DNA from: Aurantiphycus algarum
Lineage (GTDB): Bacteria; Bacteroidota; Bacteroidia; Cytophagales; Cyclobacteriaceae
Direction: 5' to 3'
Length of the DNA: 61,563 nt
Assembly: GCA_947492865.1 (NCBI GenBank)
Contig: CANLOR010001096.1
Coordinates: 1-61,563, forward strand
Both the position numbers and the translations under genes were made by a program. The notes under the pieces were generated by a model. It had not been told where the DNA came from. It searched no databases and worked only from the letters and a program-made list of their open reading frames with translations. This document shows, in pieces, positions 21,601 to 25,700 of this stretch; the first letter of the stretch is position 1; each line of letters begins with the position of its first letter.

Positions 21601-22687
21601 CGATGATCATCATGGTGGGGACGGCATCCGCTTCGACCAAGGGCAGTCTTGCTTTGGCATGTGCTACATCGACAGGAATGTAAATGGCCCCTAGTTTCAA
21701 AATGGCCAATAGGCTGAAAATCAAACGTTCGTCTTTTTCGACACAAAGTACCACTTTGTCACCGCTGGAGAGGCCGTGGGTTTTGGAGTAGTAGTTGGCC
21801 AATTGATTCGAGGTCTCTTCCAGTTCTCGGTAGTTGATATTTCTATCTCCACACTTCAGGGCTATGGCCTTAGGTGTGTTCTCTGCGTATTTTCCTATCT
21901 TGTCGATAAAGTTGGCTCCACCTTGCTGAGAGACGCTACCTCTGCCCATTTGTAGCAACACTTTCTTTTCTTCTTTACTGAGAAGAGTGAGGTTCCGTAA
22001 CTTTATATCAACGTTATCAACACACTGACCTATCAAATGAACATAGTGCCCGATAAGGTTTTTGAGCAACAGCCCCGTCCTGAGGTGGCCTTTGGCTTCG
22101 ATATCGATTTTATCCTCAGTAGTGGTAAAGTGTAGTTGTAGGGAGGCTACGGAACGAGAGTTTACAACAGTACCATGAAGCGCATCCGAGGAAAGTAACA
22201 CCGTAGGTTCGGGAATCTTTTCCAGTCCAAACTCCTTATAGACTCTATCCAATGGGTAGTTCCCATATCGCTTGGACTTTACCAAAGTCTGCTGAAAGGA
22301 AATCAACCATTCCCTAAAGGTCGTTTCACTATTCATATGCTTCCGGAAAGGAAGAAAAGTGTTGATAGGGCTTCCTTCGGCACTTTGGAAAGGTGGGGAA
22401 TAGGTCAGTAGTGCCCTTTCGCCTGTGTAGCGACTTAGGAGTATATGGAAGGTAGCTTGCAAAAAAATGTATACTGCGAGGTCATTTTGCTTACAGAGAC
22501 CCATTACCTTTTTGGAAGTCTCTACGTCCACTATACCGGCATGAGTGGTAATGGCCTCCGATACATCCACTATTTCAATACGCTCATTAAAATCGGCTCC
22601 CTTTAATACTTCTTGCCAAAACCGATGCCCTTCCACAAATCCCCTTTGTGTCAACAGTAACTTCTCTTCTAAACTATTTTTACTCAT
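3605..22687 (-). CDS. Six-module NRPS with terminal thioesterase: halfC-A-T-C-A-T-C-A-T-C-A-T-C-A-T-C-A-T-TE
   Basis: Track ORF of 6360 aa with ATG at 22685-22687. A3 motifs (YTSG[ST]TGxPKG) lie at about 21.46, 18.27, 15.06, 11.89, 8.73 and 5.55 kb, a spacing of roughly 3.2 kb. T-domain GG[HQ]SL motifs lie at about 20.29, 17.09, 13.91, 10.74, 7.58 and 4.45 kb. C-domain HHxxxDG motifs lie at about 19.70, 16.49, 13.34, 10.16 and 7.00 kb. The TE has 'GYSMG'. The N-terminal 250 aa or so align only to the C-terminal lobe of a C domain and have no HHxxxDG. Confidence 0.97.
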   Translation of the reverse strand: MSKNSLEEKLLLTQRGFVEGHRFWQEVLKGADFNERIEIVDVSEAITTHAGIVDVETSKKVMGLCKQNDLAVYIFLQATFHILLSRYTGERALLTYSPPFQSAEGSPINTFLPFRKHMNSETTFREWLISFQQTLVKSKRYGNYPLDRVYKEFGLEKIPEPTVLLSSDALHGTVVNSRSVASLQLHFTTTEDKIDIEAKGHLRTGLLLKNLIGHYVHLIGQCVDNVDIKLRNLTLLSKEEKKVLLQMGRGSVSQQGGANFIDKIGKYAENTPKAIALKCGDRNINYRELEETSNQLANYYSKTHGLSSGDKVVLCVEKDERLIFSLLAILKLGAIYIPVDVAHAKARLPLVEADAVPTMMIIDRNQTYKPGTTPYLYQEEVWEGLEGLSSKFEPTYFPRDIAYILYTSGSTGKPKGVKVSYRNLNGFLSHVQSHFTWHRPLIMPFIASNAFDIAMFQVFLPLVQGGTVDILMPEVVLDIANFVGRIKEATVVDTVPAVYRQVATYILENNAQKEFEHIVHLFIGGDSVPDRLLIMLSDAFPKASISVTYGPTEATVFCTAITYSNDTFSKSSVSGSIIGRPMPGTDIYLLDKENNLVPEGVKGEICIGGSGVTLGYHNRGELSATKFVDNPFQKEDILYRTGDIGMWDSMGQVRFSGRDDFQVKIRGYRIELGEIESRLLEYTDLEDVCVLAHEDSEGSKYIIAFYIGGETDPRAFQGTLKQYLPEYMVPAFFVALREWPLNPNQKIDRKALMHLYEERRATRQEYREASTAIEKSLVDIWQEILGLKKVGVNDNFFEVGGHSLKVAQLVSKIHQELAIKPSLEEVFQNPTIVALSKILENKTSSRYQPIESVKNDTLGKGFAISHAQRRLWILDQLEEDQVAYNIPLAVLLTGDLNREVLRIAFEKSIARHEILRTTFGSIDEQPVQIVKSPEDTDFDLGYVDLRDSHVDRNSLKQLAEKEAVQPFDLSEGPLLRVKLYRIADNEHLFLLTVHHIIVDGWSMQVLMSELCNYYNAYLQGQDADIPPLAIQYKDYAAWQYNQLDGAVFTSSKNYWLEQFSGEVPVLQLPTDYKRPIVKTYNGGSFHRSLGKGLSEQVHDFAKRQGLSLYMVLVAATKALLYRYTGQDDIVIGSPSAGRNRSDLENQIGFYVNTLALRTRFSGGEGFGSLLQKVKENLVKAYDHQDYPFDMLVDNLDLERDLSRSPIFDIMVSLQNLNEVSIDDLKLEGLSSAMLEGDVSTSMFDLSIDFTPEDDGELFLAISYNSDLFGGHRMERMSTHIEHILRDAISNPTKPLDYLKYLSEEEESLFLETYNNTFKDYQKGKTMITLFEEKVAFYGTGTAVVFGEERLTYNRLNERANRLAHRLIAEGCGPEVLVGIMAERSPEMIVAVLAVLKSGAGYLPIDYTYPAERIRYIIEDADINLLLFNTGKETIQDLSVGGVLDLNNEDTYSKDISNPQISHDEDNLAYVIYTSGTTGKPKGVMVTHRSLVNIAQCWIEEYGLSDKTTVLQMASFSFDVFCGDLCRSLLSGGKLVLCPDEARLDPAGLFGIMEKHQVSVLEVTPSYAVPLMSYIFDKELDISWLNMLILGSDSCPVGDFKTLLARHGADIRIINSYGTTETTIDSSFYEVSSVDQVEDIPYVPIGKPMANTKFYILDKNRQFVAEGLVGELCIAGTGVARGYLNKKNLTDERFVKDPFNGGVMYLTGDTAKWLPDGQVEFLGRKDNQVKIRGYRIELDEIEQVLLESPEVKEAVVLVLTGKDDVNDRFICAYYTPANILRVTVSEEIRQFVTERVPEYMVPQHFVVLEKMPLTVNGKVDRKSLPKPNAVENSLSYEPPRNETEKQLVALWEKILNIEEVGIRHHFFKLGGHSLKAIRLIGAINKAFQVSLSIKQIFQHPTISELAKCLLATMEKASEESIVIKETEETENSVYPLSSAQLRLYALYQLNPKSLVYNMPQALLIRCKVDIDHLRGIFDTLIARHEIFRTSFRSEGGTPVQVISDEWDFEIEHVESFDWKLNGKEVLQEIRHFIKPFDISSGPLLRIKIIELREVDQELYLILIDKHHIIIDGISEDLISYEFSQLYSGFELPKVETKYRDYALWQQKLNDSDTLISQKNYWLAQFENDIPQLELPTDHIRPDSITGSGDNVSIVFDKYQLRTLKDYCEEQGVTLFMFMLTAYYLFLSKYSNQEDIIIGTVTSGRQNPAFRSVIGMMVNTIALRARPKGDKMIKTFFNEVKAISVEAFENQDFQFNDLVEALHLDTKAGRRPLFDVMISYHNEEESNDQLQESHIEPYELEGQQSSKFDLTLHCVEYDDGIRLGLEYSTELFLKSTAERMLGHYTFLLKEIIGSPERLLSDIELLTKEERNQWLIDYNDTRVPLPDTDNIPRLFEQQVQNSPQSVALVYDDVALTYTELNEKANRLAHTLKNKGLAKGTPVGLLLDKSQELIIGILGILKAGGAYLPIDIDFPSDRIGYVLSNSKMNLLLVTLNDTVLKLLEEQQLGSVELLMLDSEEVYAEISDNPPSTIMPSDLAYIAYTSGTTGKPKGVMVEHRNVIRLVKNTNYVELDSQTKILQTGSISFDATTFEYWGALLNGGELHILPQEELLKTDSLKQKLIESRISTMWMTSSWFNQVVDHDIEVFSSLSWLLVGGEALSPHHINEVRDRFPKLKLVNGYGPTENTTFSLCYTIDKKHEVNIPIGKPISNTTAYIVDRWGNICPTGVSGELYLGGEGVARGYLGDHQLTKAKFVEKPFAKGTLYQTGDKAQWRSDGLISFMGRVDDQVKIRGFRIEPSEIECTLLQNPNLEKVKVMAWGNEENEKSLCAYFVKTSDAKETDALTLKRSLEKLLPVYMIPTDYIELTSLPLTVNGKIDVGSLPRPDKATIRKTYEAPGNAVEERLVEIWQDVLQKERIGIQDNFFEIGGHSLKAIRVITGISKVFDVELTFKQIFETPTIAELAIVLDKSQKQTFEPIGRVPSAEYYDVSHGQKRLWILQQLEGEAASAYNMPAAYLFEGPLDIKALKASFDQLIERHEILRTTFTLVEGQVKQIIRPWKNLDIPYTDLSEIEASEDKAKSMANEEARVPFDLEEGPLIRAKLIKLSAHKYVFLLTLHHIISDGWSLEILFNEVADFYNAYKNGKNPSPAALRIQYKDYALWQKDQFPDGEISVAEKFWVEQFEDGPPILDIPTDFIRPPVKTYKGEMAGILLSSEVTEALNTLALQHEASLFMTILATVNAFLYRYTGQQDIVLGTPIAGRNHPDLEDQIGFYINTLALRTQFSGEEGFDRLLENVTERTFEAFEHQMYPFDALIDSLSLEREMSRASLFDVMVILQNTSGIVGGSKEMEELHVKTFSAEATHAKFDLTFNFEEVEEGLYLWLNYNRDIFLHQTIERMLAQYETLVLSLTLDPSRPLSTLSILPEKERLVLSDTFNNSTTDTTLFKDITLQDLFEDQVSRTPGLTALVDEFGSITYRSLDEKTTKLANMLRAKGTKAGHPVGIYVGRSTEMVISILAVLKSGAYYIPIDPEYPASRITYILKDSNVGQLLTDRDLPKKVREIIALNVIRFDDLDFEKMAFSEPDEVKVSSDSLAYVIYTSGSTGTPKGVMVRHRSVVNFSKWLGELLYDRTGMVALHTSSFSFDMSVKQLFAPLYHGATVVISTQESKQSPASYLKLIIDNKVDTVDFTPSFLEVILQYAESSSTFLNLKSVLLGGEPLKEGLVRLFYDRVPDGRLLNMYGPTEATVDATATWVELEDTVTIGKPLPNVGIYIVNDSLQLQPIGVPGEICIAGAGLAKGYLNRPKLTEEKFVDSPFRKGEKLYRSGDVGRWLPDGHIEYIGRKDRQVKLRGYRVELGEIERLLEEYPQVEKSVVMPILKEGMTVSLVGYLKTREDLSLKSIASYLEELLPEYMVPGRFFFLKEFPLTANGKVDIDALPSPSAVSDVTGTVYVAPRTALEKQLADIWENLLSVERVGLDDDFFSLGGHSLSAMRMISMVYGQLGVALTLRQVFRNPTLDGLAAVLSAADRSSFAMISPVPNSEYYGVSHGQKRLWVLHELEDGASVAYNMPRAYRLRGTLDIEALSEGFSRSVSRHESLRTTFRMVDGEVRQTVGAFHGFGMDLRDLREEANPEARALELAEEEALLPFDLEKGPLLRAGLLRLSGEEHVLLLTLHHIISDGWSMDIFLSEVTAVYNALASGSDLYREPLRIQYRDYSSWQQEQLDAHGNEHESYWLGRFKGDIPVLDLPTDHPRPRVKTYKGDTVGMELSRTTVEGLRSLSALYGASLFMTVLATVRVLLYRYSGQEDTIIGTPTAGREHPDLEGQTGFYVNTLALRSVLDGGAGFGTLMEQEREDVLSALRHGIFPFDRLVDRLSLDRDMGRSPLFDVMVSLQRSEGVIGGAMELEGISVEPLGTGMDRSKFDLTFNFEEGERGLYLGINYSTDLFSRDTVSRMLSHYELLVASVIASPDAALESLDMLSSEEKKLLLEDFGSGTPQELSPKDTLHGLFVRQAGETPDMEAVADGHRSLTYRELDDRSTALAHLLRERGVGKGHPVAISTDRSVDTVMAILATLKAGAHYIPLDPDYPQSRTDHIVEDSGVSLLLMVGARPAVSISGPCAVLDIGSCNLETPKEVGPPVSVSATDLAYVIYTSGSTGRPKGVMVEHGAVVNLTGWLAGMLYGEKGLSVMLTASFSFDASVQQLFAPLLHGARLVVSPASVKQSAREYLGFLERYRTDIVDLTPSFLEILLQSAEVEALSGISYVLVGGEPLRTTLVQRFHELVPEGRLINVYGPTEATVDTTFTELSKNDSITIGGPIPNAKVHIVNKGLRLQPIGVPGELCISGAGLARGYLNLPELTEERFTDSPFVLGEKLYRSGDMARWLPDGRIDFLGRKDSQVKLRGYRIELGEIEHQLESHPAVEGAVVLPVLNDGHVEHLTAYCKTVRETEEDTLIAHLREVLPEYMLPSRFIMMEEFPLNTSGKVDIKSLPIPSKGVVGYTAHSPARTALEKQLAGIWENLLSVERVGLDDDFFSLGGHSLSAMRMISMVYRQLSVELKLRDIFTTPTLGGLSEIIDGSKGKIQREIAKVPLSEYYDVSHGQKRLWILHQLEGKEARAYNMSEVYRIKGRLEVRALSESFKHLLYRHEVLRTGFKTIDGVLKQYVRSVDDYHLEQTDVSDREWDEDRLSSMIHDYTSEYFDLEAGILIRLRLVELSAEEHVLVLGMHHIISDGWSMELLIRDLVLFYNYCSSGISHKLEPLPFHYKDYAHWQVLELSDNEGDTHGHRAYWLKQFEGELPVLKLPMDRVRPAIQTYNGSTESILIGRELKQDLEGLGKKYKASLFMVLLASTKALLYKYTHQNDIIIGTPIAGRNHPGLEEQIGFYVNTLALRSKIDAEKGFVHLIESVRDTMIDAFEHQVYPFDKLIEELGLPQDMSRSPLFGVMVTMQESNIDEQEFGMESLQVEAVTSDTGTSKFDLTFSFQNVSDKLYLNLNYNTDLFGKYRIDRLMAHFKNLLTALVERDTAPIKEISYIDESEERLIREDFNATELHLPTSRTVIQLFEEQASLKQQGVAVYCGEEHITYDELNRRANQFARDLLRNVPFKRGERIGLVTYRDVHAITAMLGIMKAGAAYVPIDPSYPKDRIKNIIADAELSTLIVDKYWDRHPERLGARSTMALQDIVERHFLSPAENLDIDYAQGDLAYTIFTSGSTGRPKGVMVNHKSLLNLCLWHNAEFDVGQESKTTQYAGIGFDAAVWEIWPCLIAGGELHIIEDNAKLDVLAIGKYIAFNGITHTFLPTPVCENFVKEVPLNTSVLLLTGGDKLAIVDNPGFRLVNNYGPTEATVVATSLRLENINNSDIPIGRPISNMKVYIVDEGDKLCGIGVVGELLISGMGLSEGYVNNEDVTAKNFVDDLFVENSRWYRTGDLGMWMPDGNIRFMGRKDDQVKIMGNRIELGEIESVLLSHEKVKSAKVVVIGEERSKYLAAYIIPAQHCTEVELKSAVEGLLPIYMVPESFVFLEHYPLTANGKIDSTQLPNANKQVQEYSTASTDLEQKLQKAWAKVLEQTAPGITDNFFKSGGQSLKAASLVTQIFTETGEKVTLKDIYNHPTIQSLATYIEGERDDDLLISLNEAEEGKTEKLYMVPPVIGTPLIFKGLSSFLQGRYQCMGLQYKGYNEGERPDTSIDAISDSLLSQVLKTQNTKEVTLFGYSMGAAIAFEMAKKAENRGYTVTLILVDKEVPGTAQKSMDTNELENIIDTELRHWMAVLSESHIETMRRVLHSNLLALHNYTPTGQVKGNIYAIEARDNPCATDMQEWDRLTQARCFVQETEGDHYGILNKENILSLTDKIMNIRSVETV
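3608..4315 (-). other. Thioesterase (TE) domain, the chain-release domain of the assembly line
   Basis: These are the last 236 aa or so of the 6360-aa protein. The GxSxG nucleophile is 'GYSMG' (Ser codon about 4052-4054). Candidate Asp ('ILVDKE') and His ('EGDHYG') lie downstream. It directly follows the last T domain. Confidence 0.85.
7542..7675. repeat. Direct repeat copy A (134 nt), N-terminal half of the module-5 T domain
   Basis: My hand alignment to 10698-10831 shows 8 mismatches in 134 nt. The offset is 3156 nt, so the copies are in frame. This copy encodes RTALEKQLAGIWENLLSVERVGLDDDFFSLGGHSLSAMRMISMVY. Confidence 0.9.
10698..10831. repeat. Direct repeat copy B (134 nt), N-terminal half of the module-4 T domain
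   Basis: Partner of 7542-7675. The encoded peptide is identical except for one residue (LAD versus LAG). Confidence 0.9.
21983..22645 (-). other. N-terminal half condensation domain (C-terminal lobe only, no HHxxxDG) of the 6360-aa NRPS
   Basis: The residues align to the second half of a C domain. 'HRFWQEVL' matches the YWxxxL region, 'AVYIFLQATFHILLSRYTGERALLTYSP' the C5 region, 'INTFLPFR' the C6 region and 'YGNYPLDRVYKEFGL' the C7 region. Nothing upstream corresponds to C1-C3. Confidence 0.75.
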
Positions 22688-22774
22688 AATCTGTCATTAG
22701 TAATCATTGGACCAGCTTCGATTATTAAATCCACACAAACAAATGTGGGTCGGCAGGTCGAAAAGATTGTTCTT

Positions 22775-25700
22775 TTAAAAATTAAATACTTCACCTTCAT
22801 CAAACATATCGGTCTCCGATACAGCGGGTTTGTGGTCCATCCTATCGGTACTCAGTTCTAGGTCGATGAGGCTTTGATTCATATCAGTGGACATCATAGA
22901 GATGACTTTTTGAAAATGTCCGACGAACAGTACCATTTCAGCTCGATGGAATCTTCCCACAGGATAGGTTAGGGTTCCCGTCAATCCGCCTCTCGGATTT
23001 TCGAATATCATGATATCCACATCAAAATCACTCGGTACCTTACCGGCTATATCCGGGCTGATCGATACCCCGGACAGGGTATTTTCCATACCATCATTCT
23101 TTTCGTAGGAAAACAGTATATTGAACAGAGGGCGTTGATGGGGGTTGTTTTCTGCCCCCAATATTCTTACCAATTCATCGAAAGGGTATTCCTGATGATC
23201 CCATGCAGCGTATACATTATTCCTTACTTTGGACAATAGGCTCCCTAGCGTATCTTCTTCGGCCAACAATGTCCTTATAGCCAATACGTTGACATAGCAT
23301 CCTATCTGATGTAAGATGTCCGGATGATCTCTACCCGATATGAGACTACCAATAATGATATCTGTATCTCCGGTATACCGGTATACAAGGGTTTTTAAAC
23401 AGGATAGTAATAGGACAAACATTGTAGAATTTTTTTCCGAACCGATCTTATCAAGCCGATCTGCCTGCTCCTTTGGTATGGAAAAATCCAATACATCAGC
23501 ACCTTCCGTACTATTGTCCCCTTTGGAACCGAAGGGCAGGGATACCCATTGTCTGGGTGCCTTCAGGTATTCCATCCAAAAAGCCTTGTGCTGTGCCATT
23601 TTGTCAGAATTCATCCATTGATTCTGCCATTCGGCATACTCTTTATACTGTAGAGTCAATGGTGCCGGTCTGTATTCCTCATTTTTTATATCAGCATTGT
23701 AACTATCACCTATTTCACTGACAATCAACTTTAAAGACCATGCATCTGATATGATATGGTGCATCGATAAGGCCAATCGATATTTATCCTCTCTTAACTG
23801 CACTAGTAATACCCTGAACAAAGGCCCCTTCTCAAGGTCGAAGTCCGTATTTACTTCTTTTTTGATCAAAGCATGTACTTCTTCGCCTGCATCTTCCTTG
23901 CCTCTAAAGTCATGGTAGGTTACAGCAAAACCGCATTCTTCTGCTGTATCGATTTTCTGCACGGGCAGTCCATCCAACGTTGGGAAGGTGGTCCTCAATA
24001 TTTCATGTCTTTTCACAATACCATCAAAAGCTTTTATAAAACTGCCGACCTCTAGGTATCCATTAAGAATATAGCCGCCCGAAATCGCATAGTCTGTACC
24101 ACCACCTTCTCTTTGGGACAAAAGCCACATTCTACGTTGGGCCGGTGAGAGTTCATAATAGGCTCTTTCTTCGAGTGGTGCAATGGGAGCGTAATTCTTC
24201 TGCTGTTGAGAAAGGAGAAATCCAGCAAGAGAGGCAACGGTCGGGTACTGTAGGACACTACTTATCTCGATGCTATAATGGAGCTGTTTCTTGATTTTGC
24301 CGACCAAGCGGGTGGCTATCAAGGAGTGTCCTCCCAGTTCAAAAAAGTTATCGTCAATACCTACTGGCCGCACTTCGAGTAGTTCTTCCCAAATAGGACA
24401 CAGCTGTTCTTCCAATTGATTTCCGGGAGCTGAAAATAACGTAAGGGGCTGCACTGGTACACTTCGCTCGAGCAGTGCTTTACGGTCGGCCTTTCCACTG
24501 GACAATAGAGGCATAGCCTCTAGTTCGACCCATATTCGGGGAATCATGTACCTTGGCAATTTCGATGCTAGGTACATTTCTGTCCTTGCCCTGTCCAATA
24601 CTCCTATTTTGACAACATAACCTATCAGCTGACCATCTCCATTCCTTTCTGATTTAATACAGACTGCTTGACTGATTTCCGGTATTTCAAGTAAAACCTG
24701 TTCGATTTCGCCCAGTTCGATACGGTATCCTCTCAGCTTTACCTGGCCATCCTGCCTACCCAAGAACTCAATAGTACCATTGGGCAACCACCGTCCCATG
24801 TCTCCTGTCCTGTATACCTTTTCTGTAGAATAGATAGGATGAGAAAGGAACCTCTCCTCGGACATTGACCCTTGGTTCAGATATCCCCTTGCCACCCCAT
24901 CACCACCGATGTAGATTTCGCCCTTTACATTCAAGGGACATAGGTTTCCGGTCTTGTCCAGAATCAATACATGCTCACCTTTCAGTGGCCTACCAATGGA
25001 CAAGCTATCCTCTCGCCCTATATCCAAGCTCGTACTCCATAGGGTCGTTTCCGTAGGGCCATATACATTGAATACCTTTGTGTCACCCAACTCTTTCAAA
25101 CGACCATACTGATAGGGGCTTAGCACCTCTCCTCCTACCAGCAAGACTTTGAGCTGGCGCAAACACGTTATCTCTCCATCCTTCAACTCCAGCAGTTGAC
25201 TCAATCGGGAGGGCGTAAGTTGTAACGCATCTATTTCGCCTTTGTCGATGTGCGCCAGCATGGTTCGTGGATCCTCATCCATTATCAAGGTGTGCATGCC
25301 ATTGGCCAAGGTACCCAACAGCTCCATGACGGAGACATCAAAAGAGTAATTGGTAATAGCACCGAAGGTCATACTGGGCAGTAAGTGGAAATTACTCTCC
25401 ATATTTTTGAAAAAGGCCACCACATTTTTATGCTCGACCATCACTCCTTTAGGTACGCCCGTAGAACCGGATGTGTAGAGGACATAGGCAAGGTCAAAAG
25501 GCCTGCTCACCAAATCAGGGTTATCTTTAGTGTATTTGGAGGCCGTATCCACCAACTTTTGCAGCGCTTTGGTATCAATGACAGAACAGCAGCCACTCTC
25601 GGACAATAGCCTATCGATACGGTCTTGTGGCCAATCGTTTTCCAAAGGTAGGTAGGCGGCACCCGTCTTGAGAATACCCAGTATCGTTACTACGGTCCAA

